Virus record (IMG/VR): IMGVR_UViG_3300023237_000001
Reading direction: 5' to 3' (one strand)
Origin: an uncultured virus (IMG/VR IMGVR_UViG_3300023237_000001)
Taxonomy: Duplodnaviria; Heunggongvirae; Uroviricota; Caudoviricetes
DNA: 64,000 bases
Both the position numbers and the translations under genes were made by a program. The notes below the pieces were generated by a model that saw only the letters and a program-made list of their open reading frames with translations, was not told the DNA's origin and did no database searches. This document shows positions 16,699 to 24,514 of this stretch, one piece after another (the first letter of the stretch is position 1; each line of letters starts with the position of its first letter).

Positions 16699-17085
16699 TT
16701 AATTATGAATGGTAAATTGAGGTTGGTTATGTAAATCCTGTACAAAGAAGAATTTTTTAAATAAAGATGATACCGCTACTGGGTATTTATACTTATATTT
16801 ATCCTCCATTTTGTTTAATATGGTTAATAGGGTATTTAGCTTTATGATGTTGATAGAGAATAATTCTTCGGGATTATTTAATACTCGGTTTAAATTATTT
16901 TCTATATCAACCAAGGTACTAAAATAATCCTGATCACCTAACCCTTGTTGTTCTAACTCATAAATTATTTCTGGATATTCAATTTGCCAATTTGATTTTA
17001 AATCTATTACTGCCGCCAATTGGGTTCGGCATATATCTTGGATGATAATAGCTTGGATACTGGTAAATTTAGTTGTTTTTATCAT
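16699..17085 (-). CDS. Hypothetical protein
   Basis: 128 aa. Confidence 0.75.
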   Translation of the reverse strand: MIKTTKFTSIQAIIIQDICRTQLAAVIDLKSNWQIEYPEIIYELEQQGLGDQDYFSTLVDIENNLNRVLNNPEELFSINIIKLNTLLTILNKMEDKYKYKYPVAVSSLFKKFFFVQDLHNQPQFTIHN

Positions 17086-17092
17086 CTATTTT

Positions 17093-17130
17093 TTTAATTA
17101 AATATAAATATAAAAATTAATATAACCTGA
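17093..17130 (-). promoter_or_regulatory. Cassette promoter repeat, copy 14 (degenerate)
   Basis: TCAGGTTATATTAATTTTTATATTTATATTTAATTAAA; -7 G lost. Confidence 0.6.
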
Positions 17131-17131
17131 A

Positions 17132-17902
17132 TTACAACCTAATTCCTATACCAATTGAGGACTCCCACCTAGCATAAAACTTGGATTTTTTCAATTCAGG
17201 GTTATCTAATAATTTTCTATGCTCTATTGAGAATTTTAATCTTTCATCCTCATTTAAGTGTTTTGGAAACTTTAATACTTCCCGTGAAGGAATGTTCTTA
17301 ATGGGGTTTTCACTAAGCTTACATTTAAGTATTAAAGGTTTTTCACCCACTCTAAATAACTTAACTATTTTCTTTGGTTTATCTAATGAAATACCCAATA
17401 CAATATAAGGATCATACTTGTCTGATTTAGGATCCTTAGCTTTTTTAATCCTTTTAATCATAAAGTAGTATTTATCTTCATCAGACTCTTTAAATTTGAT
17501 GATTTTCTGTAGGTCTAGTAATCTTATATGCTCCCCGGTAAGAAGTACATAACTTTCTTTTCTTAAGAAATCTAGAGTTGCCATTTGATCGGTGGTTTCT
17601 ATATTTTTTAGAATTTCATTAAAATGTATTTCTCGGGCCTTAGTAGAGTCTAATGGGGTTTCACCTGAAGCTTTACGCCCCCTGGTACCTACAACCCGTA
17701 AAGGTAAATTTCCGGATAACCTTTTTAAGTAAGTTACAAAATCTTCTATATCCTTACTATCCATTAAAGTTGGTTCAACTCTCATGGGTCCTTCATGTTT
17801 TTCTTTTGGCCCGGCCGCTAATTCTGGTTCTTGAGTAACTAATCTATCTGATAATAACCTACCTTCATTATCATATAGTTGTACCCTCATTTTTTTAATC
17901 AT
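17132..17902 (-). CDS. Basic hypothetical protein
   Basis: 256 aa. Confidence 0.8.
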   Translation of the reverse strand: MIKKMRVQLYDNEGRLLSDRLVTQEPELAAGPKEKHEGPMRVEPTLMDSKDIEDFVTYLKRLSGNLPLRVVGTRGRKASGETPLDSTKAREIHFNEILKNIETTDQMATLDFLRKESYVLLTGEHIRLLDLQKIIKFKESDEDKYYFMIKRIKKAKDPKSDKYDPYIVLGISLDKPKKIVKLFRVGEKPLILKCKLSENPIKNIPSREVLKFPKHLNEDERLKFSIEHRKLLDNPELKKSKFYARWESSIGIGIRL

Positions 17903-17929
17903 AATAAATATGGATTTATGGGTAAATAC

Positions 17930-17965
17930 AATAAAGGGGTTAACTTTGGCAGTAACCCCTTTATT
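17930..17965 (-). terminator. Intrinsic terminator
   Basis: AATAAAGGGGTTA-10nt-TAACCCCTTTATT. Confidence 0.75.
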
Positions 17966-17990
17966 TTTAGGATGGATTAACTATATGAAA

Positions 17991-18446
17991 TTAATCCTCC
18001 TCTTCTTCTGTTGCTGGGGCTGCAGCCTTCTTTTTAGAAGTTTTCTTTACTGCTGCCTTTTTAGAACCCGATTTTTGGGTAGCTTCTTTAGCCGGCTTAT
18101 CTTTTTTCTTACCCGCATTCCTAGCCTTAGTCCTGAATTTTTTCTTTTCATCAGGATCTTCCATACCTTCTGGGTATTCATATTTAGAAACCCTTACTTT
18201 TTTTACCTTGGTTGCTTTTACAGCTTCCTTAGCAGATGCAGATGCTTCCCGAGTTTTAGCAACCTTAGAAAGTTTAATCTTATAAGATTTTTGAAGTTTA
18301 GCAGGTTCAACCTTTTCAACCTCCGTTCCTTTCTTAATCTTATTTTCCTTCATAAAGGCTGCAAGATCTTCCCTTGCAATTTTTGCTGTTTCTTTTGCTG
18401 TTTCTAAGGTAGCAACTGCCTTTTCGTGTTTGTCTTCTGTTGACAT
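17991..18446 (-). CDS. Lys/Ala-rich histone-like protein with KYxYPE motif
   Basis: VSKYEYPEGMEDPDEKKKFRTKARN plus K/A-rich tail. Confidence 0.75.
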   Translation of the reverse strand: MSTEDKHEKAVATLETAKETAKIAREDLAAFMKENKIKKGTEVEKVEPAKLQKSYKIKLSKVAKTREASASAKEAVKATKVKKVRVSKYEYPEGMEDPDEKKKFRTKARNAGKKKDKPAKEATQKSGSKKAAVKKTSKKKAAAPATEEEED

Positions 18447-18525
18447 TGGATTATATATTTAATTATTAATAATTTATTGTTATTAGGATTATAAAATAGA
18501 ATAGTATCCATTCCTGAATCCCTTA

Positions 18526-18900
18526 TTATTCTTGAATTACTAGGATATCGGGTAACTCCTTGGTTTTAAAATCATAAGAAATAATTTCAAGTCCATGTAG
18601 TTGCATTCTAAAATTAATGTAAGTAGATATACTATAAGTTTCGGTATTACAAAAATCACATGATATTTTATAGGTAAGGCCAGTTAATGGGTCTTTACCT
18701 GTACCTTCAAAACTGGTTATAGTTTGTGAGTTTTTCCAATTTTTTATTCTTTGGGTAGCATAAGATAGTTTATTATCATAATTAACCATCCTTTTATAAT
18801 AGATGGGCCCTTTATGTCTACCTGTATATTCTTCTTTACAGGTCTTTATAAGTGCCTTTGCTTGATTTAAATCCGAGAATAGTTTTTCTAAGGTTGCCAT
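18526..18900 (-). CDS. Hypothetical protein
   Basis: 124 aa. Confidence 0.75.
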   Translation of the reverse strand: MATLEKLFSDLNQAKALIKTCKEEYTGRHKGPIYYKRMVNYDNKLSYATQRIKNWKNSQTITSFEGTGKDPLTGLTYKISCDFCNTETYSISTYINFRMQLHGLEIISYDFKTKELPDILVIQE

Positions 18901-19546
18901 TGACTATGGTTTTAAATTTGTATTTATGTTTGGGTGAATAAAAGAGAGATAACGGTTTATCCGAGTTAATTAGATTATTTTCGGGTAACCTAAATATATT
19001 ACTGGTTAAAGATGAATCAATAAGTATGGTGGGTGGTATATATTGATAATGTAGTAAATCTGTTAGATATACCTTTATATCTTTTAAACAAGTATCTAAC
19101 TTCATACTAGCATACTGGGTGGGATTGTCATTTTTATAGTATGAGGGTTGTTTATTGGGATTGTTTCTTAATCTTTTTCTACCGGCCTTTTTAGAGGTTT
19201 TTACCTTGTCATAATAATATTGAAAGTATAAGTCCGAGGATAATAAATGCCATTTAATTATGGCTTTAAATCGATTTACCATAGATTTATCCCCGGTAAT
19301 TTTAAAAGTATTATATCCTTGGGGGTGATGATACCAATAGGTTCTTACTCCCATAGTAATTGAATAATATTCTATTAACCAAGCCCATCGCTTAGGGTTT
19401 ATATCCTGTAATAAAGGAGAATCAAATAATTCTGTTACCAATAACATTTCATTATATTGTAGGATATGATTTTTACCTACTAATTTTTTAAAATTACGTA
19501 AATACCCATTACTGGGTTTTGATGGAAATGTTGTTGGTTTTATCAT
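18836..19546 (-). CDS. Hypothetical protein
   Basis: 236 aa; ATGA overlap with the upstream gene. Confidence 0.7.
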   Translation of the reverse strand: MIKPTTFPSKPSNGYLRNFKKLVGKNHILQYNEMLLVTELFDSPLLQDINPKRWAWLIEYYSITMGVRTYWYHHPQGYNTFKITGDKSMVNRFKAIIKWHLLSSDLYFQYYYDKVKTSKKAGRKRLRNNPNKQPSYYKNDNPTQYASMKLDTCLKDIKVYLTDLLHYQYIPPTILIDSSLTSNIFRLPENNLINSDKPLSLFYSPKHKYKFKTIVNGNLRKTILGFKSSKGTYKDL

Positions 19547-19839
19547 CCTGCTTCTGGGGGAATTATTATACCCGATTCTGTTTTACCACTGGCCAAAAAT
19601 AATAAACATTCTTTTACTTCATCTATTAACTCTAATGATTCCTTTTGAATATGTAGGGTAATATTAAGTTCCTCAATTATTTCTTCGTGGGTAATTCCCT
19701 CAGGTAATTCCTTTTGAATTTGTTGTTCTCTTAAATTATTCCTAGCATCATGAGCCTGATTAACCATACTTTCAAGAGATAGGATTAATAAGGTGCATTG
19801 ATCTTTTGTTAATGATAAATTTGCTAAGGGTTCTTCCAT
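19543..19839 (-). CDS. Hypothetical coiled-coil protein
   Basis: 98 aa. Confidence 0.75.
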   Translation of the reverse strand: MEEPLANLSLTKDQCTLLILSLESMVNQAHDARNNLREQQIQKELPEGITHEEIIEELNITLHIQKESLELIDEVKECLLFLASGKTESGIIIPPEAG

Positions 19840-19862
19840 GGGTATTTATACTTTAATAGATC

Positions 19863-19891
19863 AAAGAAAGAGGGAGCATGGCACCCCCTCT
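19863..19891 (-). terminator. Putative terminator
   Basis: AGAGGG..CCCTCT hairpin with TTCTTT tail on minus. Confidence 0.5.
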
Positions 19892-19914
19892 AACCTTGAC
19901 TATTTGGTGATAGA

Positions 19915-20361
19915 CTATTTGGTGATCTTGATATCCAATTCCTTAGCTATATCTTTTCTTAGCTTAGTTATAGATTTCTTTTTATCCTCATAATCATCAA
20001 TATCGATGTCCATCTTATTTTCATCGATAATATCTTCTAATTCTTCAAAATCAGAATTTTTGATGTCATCCCAAGTTAGGTCATCTTCTTCTTCCTCATC
20101 TTCTTCTTCCTCATCTTCCTCATCTTCTTCTTCCTCATCTTCCTCATCTTCCTTATCTTCCTCTTCTTCTTCCTCCTCATCTTCTTCCTCCTCATCCTCA
20201 TCTTCCTCCTCTTTTAAAGCATCCCTTAAAATACCGGAATCGTTGATTGAGGCTACCTTTACTATGGCAGTTGTTCCATCTTCATATACCAATAACATAT
20301 AGCCGTTATCTAAAGCTGTTTGACTGATGACCTTTTGGTCTTCGATTGATGTTAAATCCAT
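19915..20361 (-). CDS. Extremely acidic protein (poly-E/D tract)
   Basis: More than 40 near-continuous E/D residues between two small folded ends. Confidence 0.8.
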   Translation of the reverse strand: MDLTSIEDQKVISQTALDNGYMLLVYEDGTTAIVKVASINDSGILRDALKEEEDEDEEEEDEEEEEEEDKEDEEDEEEEDEEDEEEEDEEEEDDLTWDDIKNSDFEELEDIIDENKMDIDIDDYEDKKKSITKLRKDIAKELDIKITK

Positions 20362-20364
20362 TGT

Positions 20365-20643
20365 TTACTTTTTTATGATTGTTTTTATGTAATATTCTTT
20401 TTTCATTTTTAAAGCCATAGATAATTTCTTATTATTAATGTCCCCAAGTTCTGTGGCTTTTTGAGGTAACTCTGATAAATCCTTAATCTCAATGGATTCA
20501 TTACATTCTACCGATTTAGCCCCATTGTGGTGTATGTGGTAACTTGTATTATCTTCATGGTTATAATATATAGGTGTTTTTAATTTACCTAGATTTAAGG
20601 TTATAACTTCTGGCTCGGTTTTATTTTCCTGGTTATCCTGCAT
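20365..20643 (-). CDS. Hypothetical protein
   Basis: 92 aa. Confidence 0.7.
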   Translation of the reverse strand: MQDNQENKTEPEVITLNLGKLKTPIYYNHEDNTSYHIHHNGAKSVECNESIEIKDLSELPQKATELGDINNKKLSMALKMKKEYYIKTIIKK

Positions 20644-20669
20644 TGATTGTTGTTTTATAAAAATAGTAT

Positions 20670-21284
20670 TTAGGTGCTCCTAGCATATTCCACTTTAGTA
20701 AATCCTGATACTCCGTAAAGGTATTGGGCCCTATGTATCTCTGGTAATTTGGATCCTTTATCTGGCCAACCCACCTTAAAATTAATTGGTATTATATAAT
20801 CCTTATTAATAATAGAAATAATATGGTTTGAATTGGTGTCAAAACCAACCATATCGTTTCGATGTTTAAATCCCCGGGCCTTTTGTTCCTTAAAAGCTTG
20901 TGAGGGGTTCATAAAGGTATTAGGCCTTATGCGTAATAATTTTTTACCCTTATTGTAATCATTATGCCACCACTTGGAAAAGGATTGTAATATTTCTTCT
21001 CCATATTGGTGGTATATACCTAAGGTAATATTCCTTTTACCTTTTAATTTAGGGTAATTTTCCTGAATACATAACCATATTTTATAACAGTGGGCCACTC
21101 CGGTGGGGTATTTAATTACTTTATGGAATTTTTTTATTAACATGGTATGGTCGCTTGAATAGGCATACCCATCATCTAAAGCGGTTCTTTTCAATAACTT
21201 TTGAACCATATTTATTATTTCCTCTATTGTCTCCTGATTCTCTGTATAATAAAGAGATAAGTTTTTTTGTTCTATCGCCCGCAT
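20670..21284 (-). CDS. Hypothetical protein
   Basis: 204 aa; start uncertain (overlaps neighbour). Confidence 0.7.
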   Translation of the reverse strand: MRAIEQKNLSLYYTENQETIEEIINMVQKLLKRTALDDGYAYSSDHTMLIKKFHKVIKYPTGVAHCYKIWLCIQENYPKLKGKRNITLGIYHQYGEEILQSFSKWWHNDYNKGKKLLRIRPNTFMNPSQAFKEQKARGFKHRNDMVGFDTNSNHIISIINKDYIIPINFKVGWPDKGSKLPEIHRAQYLYGVSGFTKVEYARST

Positions 21285-21537
21285 TTTGATAATATGTTGT
21301 GTATGGTATTTCGTATTCTAGTATGGTTTTTCCCACCTCAATAGAAAACTGCATCTGGTTAACTTTCAAACTTCTAGATTTAAGCCATTTATTTGCCAGT
21401 TTAAATGATTTAAACTCTAATCTTATTACTTGGGGTCTATGTATTACTCTTAAATCCACAATATAATAAAGGTCTTTTACTATCTTAGATAAATCATATT
21501 TGGGTTTCATTAACCAGGCAGGTTTTCTACTTGACAT
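21172..21537 (-). CDS. Hypothetical basic protein
   Basis: 121 aa. Confidence 0.65.
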   Translation of the reverse strand: MSSRKPAWLMKPKYDLSKIVKDLYYIVDLRVIHRPQVIRLEFKSFKLANKWLKSRSLKVNQMQFSIEVGKTILEYEIPYTTYYQNAGDRTKKLISLLYRESGDNRGNNKYGSKVIEKNRFR

Positions 21538-21539
21538 TA

Positions 21540-22100
21540 CTAGGTGGTTTTTGCCATTTTGATTGCTTTTTTAAACCAAATCGATATGGATTTTTCTTTG
21601 GCATCTGAAAAAACTTCTAATACTGCATCTATGGTTTCCTTAATGGTTTTACCATCTGCAGCACATTTAAAGGTTAAAGCTTTTTTGGTACCTGAAAATA
21701 TACCATGCTCATTTCTTTCCCGTTTAGCCTTCTTAGCCTTTTTAATCCCTTTTACCCGTTTTCTTTTTATATTGCCATCTTCATCTTCCTCTCCAACAAA
21801 ACCCATTCTTAATAAAGGGTGAAAATATACATCTGGTAAGTTTCTTTCTTCCCTTAGGTATTTTTCATTCCATATATCAAAATCATCTAATAATTCTGGT
21901 TTAATTAGACCTTTATGCCTAAATATAAACATACGCATTTCGTGAACATCTTGTTTTGCCACTTCTTCAAAGGGCATTTCCCGTACAATACAATGCCTTT
22001 TAAAATCCTTTACCGTAAAGTTTTGAGTGTTGGTTAAAGTGGCCGCAAAGGATTTTAGTGCCTTTGTCATACGATGCCTTTTTGGTTTTGGTTTTGCCAT
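21540..22100 (-). CDS. Putative DNA-binding protein (C-terminal HTH-like)
   Basis: Basic; C-terminal GKTIKETIDAVLEVFSDAKEKSISIWFKKA. Confidence 0.55.
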   Translation of the reverse strand: MAKPKPKRHRMTKALKSFAATLTNTQNFTVKDFKRHCIVREMPFEEVAKQDVHEMRMFIFRHKGLIKPELLDDFDIWNEKYLREERNLPDVYFHPLLRMGFVGEEDEDGNIKRKRVKGIKKAKKAKRERNEHGIFSGTKKALTFKCAADGKTIKETIDAVLEVFSDAKEKSISIWFKKAIKMAKTT

Positions 22101-22122
22101 GATTTTTTATTATTATTTTAAA

Positions 22123-22158
22123 AATTAATATTCAAATATAAATATTAATATAACCTGA
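22123..22158 (-). promoter_or_regulatory. Cassette promoter repeat, copy 15
   Basis: TCAGGTTATATTAATATTTATATTTGAATATTAATT. Confidence 0.8.
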
Positions 22159-22159
22159 T

Positions 22160-23170
22160 TTAATTCCAGAACTGATTATCATTACCCCTTGCTTCACCCC
22201 CTTTGTAAATCCTTTCAATTTGTTTCCTTCGTTTATCTAAAATCTTTTGTACTTTAACCGAATCATCTTGATCCCCGTCCCCACCAAAAGCCATGATAAG
22301 GAATTTTTTGTTAGGTGTAATATTTTCTAGGTGTTTATAATTAATAGATTTCCTTATATATTCTCTAAACTGAGGCCAGAATTTTTGTCCCTCGATACAT
22401 GATTTAGTTCCAATACCTAAATAAGCTGTTATAAGGTCCCCAAAATCCAAGGCCGTTTTTTTATCTTTAAATAAAGCCAACCCGCATTCACCAATAAAGG
22501 TTGTGTATTTAGCTTTATCCCTAACCTCTACCACTTCAAAATTTTCCGTTTTATGTGGGGTTAATATGGTAAGGTAATTTTTTTCATATTTACCCGTATA
22601 AGACGATTTTTGTATTATGGTATCTATTGAAAATTGTGGTAAGGTTGATAGGTTTTTTAAATGTTTATTAAACCTAGCTTTATTTCTCCTTTTAAATGCA
22701 GAAGGCATTTGTAATGGTGATGGTAATATTCTAAAGTTATTCCATCTATCAAACTCTATTATTAACTCATATAGGTCTCTATAAGCGGGGTTATTGGTAG
22801 AATATAATATATCCATCTGCTCCATGATTATTATTTCTCTAGGAGCTACCTTTTTATAATCTGAGTAATCCATTTGGGCAACTGCTTCTTTTACTGATTT
22901 CCTTTTATCAATTACCAACATAAGGTAATCATGGAATGATGGGTTTATATTTACTTCTTCCGGAATGGTTTGGTCATATAAATCATAATACCTTCTAAAT
23001 ATTTGCATAAACCGAACTCCCCGTTGTTGTATCTCTAAATACTTATAATGGGACTTGTTCATTATTTCCCCGGCTTCCCAGGTTGATTTTTGGTTTCCCA
23101 AAGATAATAGTAGAGCACTCCTTTCATCATCTAATAATATATCCCAACATCTGTGTTCTGTAATATCCAT
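22160..23170 (-). CDS. Protein with N-terminal sigma70 region-4-like HTH
   Basis: WDILLDDERSALLLSLGNQKSTWEAGEIMNKSHYKYLEIQQRG resembles sigma4/LuxR HTH. Confidence 0.55.
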   Translation of the reverse strand: MDITEHRCWDILLDDERSALLLSLGNQKSTWEAGEIMNKSHYKYLEIQQRGVRFMQIFRRYYDLYDQTIPEEVNINPSFHDYLMLVIDKRKSVKEAVAQMDYSDYKKVAPREIIIMEQMDILYSTNNPAYRDLYELIIEFDRWNNFRILPSPLQMPSAFKRRNKARFNKHLKNLSTLPQFSIDTIIQKSSYTGKYEKNYLTILTPHKTENFEVVEVRDKAKYTTFIGECGLALFKDKKTALDFGDLITAYLGIGTKSCIEGQKFWPQFREYIRKSINYKHLENITPNKKFLIMAFGGDGDQDDSVKVQKILDKRRKQIERIYKGGEARGNDNQFWN

Positions 23171-23173
23171 TTT

Positions 23174-23947
23174 TTAATAAGTCATTTTATGTATGATTCT
23201 ATCTATTGAGCCCGTCTTACTTCGGTTCTTTATATCTTCTAAATAACCTTCTTTAGGATCCTTATCAACATCATGATGTTTATATACCGTGTAGAATACA
23301 TTATCAAAGGATACTGTAACTTTTCTCATGGCAGTGTCCATGTCTAATTCTACCTTAACTTCTTTTGTTTTATGAGATATATTTAAAACCTTAGCCCTGA
23401 TACCTTCCCAAGGATATGTTTGTAGGATTATATAATCTCCTTTTTTAATTCTATCAATATCCTCTTTACAAAAGATACTCATTTTATCTTCGGCATTTTT
23501 TAATACCCGTATTTCTTTTTCCTTAGCTAATGCACATTGAGGTAGGTTCTTATACATTTTAGATAGATCCTCATCATTCATAAATTCTTCTTCTGATAAA
23601 GCCTGATTTGATGATTCATTATCTTCCCTTAAATGAGGTATAGTTGTTAAGGCTGTACTAGGATCCTTTACCCAACCATATATACAACCTATCCTGTACC
23701 TAAGTGTCATAAGGTAATCCGGTATACATGCAAGCTCATAAGGTATTTTAAAAAATCCGTAATTAAATAATAAGGGTTGGAATTCAAATTGAGCTTTACC
23801 TTTGAATTTCTTCTTAAGGATTTTTACTGTGGGTATATAGCATTCGATTTCTGTATAATCATAATTTACAAGGTCAGATTCTACATTTTTTAATAAGCTT
23901 CTATCTATATAAGCTATTGCCCAGACATGATTAGTTTCTTCTGCCAT
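23174..23947 (-). CDS. NusG-family transcription antiterminator (RfaH/UpxY/LoaP-like paralogue)
   Basis: NGN: WAIAY..ECYIPTV..PLLFNYGF; KOW: KKGDYIIL..YPWEGIRAKVLNI....KEVKVEL. Confidence 0.8.
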   Translation of the reverse strand: MAEETNHVWAIAYIDRSLLKNVESDLVNYDYTEIECYIPTVKILKKKFKGKAQFEFQPLLFNYGFFKIPYELACIPDYLMTLRYRIGCIYGWVKDPSTALTTIPHLREDNESSNQALSEEEFMNDEDLSKMYKNLPQCALAKEKEIRVLKNAEDKMSIFCKEDIDRIKKGDYIILQTYPWEGIRAKVLNISHKTKEVKVELDMDTAMRKVTVSFDNVFYTVYKHHDVDKDPKEGYLEDIKNRSKTGSIDRIIHKMTY

Positions 23948-24473
23948 TTTTACGGAATTTCTTGATTAGTTTAATAAATTTCTGGTAATTTGTTTGGAAT
24001 AAAATATCTGAGGTAAAGCAGATTAGTTTATGACCTTCGGCCTGGATGATAAAACTGTTATGATCATTGGGAAATAAATTCCTTACTGATAGGTAAGTAG
24101 AAAATTCAATTACTACAAACCATAAAGATGCTGGCATCCCATTGTATCGCATAATTAATACCGGTTCTTTATCCCCCCTTATACCATCTTCAACGGATTG
24201 CTCCCAAAAATCTAATATTCTAACTTTAGAGTTAGGTAATAAGATATGTTCGAAATTGATGGTAAGATATGATTTGCATTCTATGGATAAATTAAATTTA
24301 TAATTACCCTTAGGATCTGAACATATAATGTCTCCGGTAATATTATCGGTGGCTTTCCATCTTAAACCTCCAGAAGCTGGTACCCTGGCAAATTCATACC
24401 CAGACCATTCTTCCATGGCCTTACAAACGTTTCTTTCATTTTTAGATCCTTTCTTTTTTGAGTTAACTGCCAT
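23931..24473 (-). CDS. Holliday junction resolvase (Hjc-like PD-(D/E)xK nuclease)
   Basis: SKKKGSKNER..RVPASGG..GDI..IECK. Confidence 0.8.
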   Translation of the reverse strand: MAVNSKKKGSKNERNVCKAMEEWSGYEFARVPASGGLRWKATDNITGDIICSDPKGNYKFNLSIECKSYLTINFEHILLPNSKVRILDFWEQSVEDGIRGDKEPVLIMRYNGMPASLWFVVIEFSTYLSVRNLFPNDHNSFIIQAEGHKLICFTSDILFQTNYQKFIKLIKKFRKNGRRN

Positions 24474-24514
24474 TTTACTTGTTTAAAATAAGTAATAGTA
24501 TATGGCCGGATTAC

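Noticed and set aside
4670..17130. Promoter repeats as a CRISPR array
   Set aside because: Intervals are 0.4-1.7 kb and contain whole genes; no cas genes; the repeat contains a promoter element and ends at ATG
17910..18407. Plus-strand 165-aa Phe/Cys-rich ORF
   Set aside because: Antisense shadow of the Lys-rich gene 17991..18446 and spans its terminator
20006..20302. Plus-strand poly-Ser ORF
   Set aside because: Antisense of the GAA/GAG/GAT acidic tract
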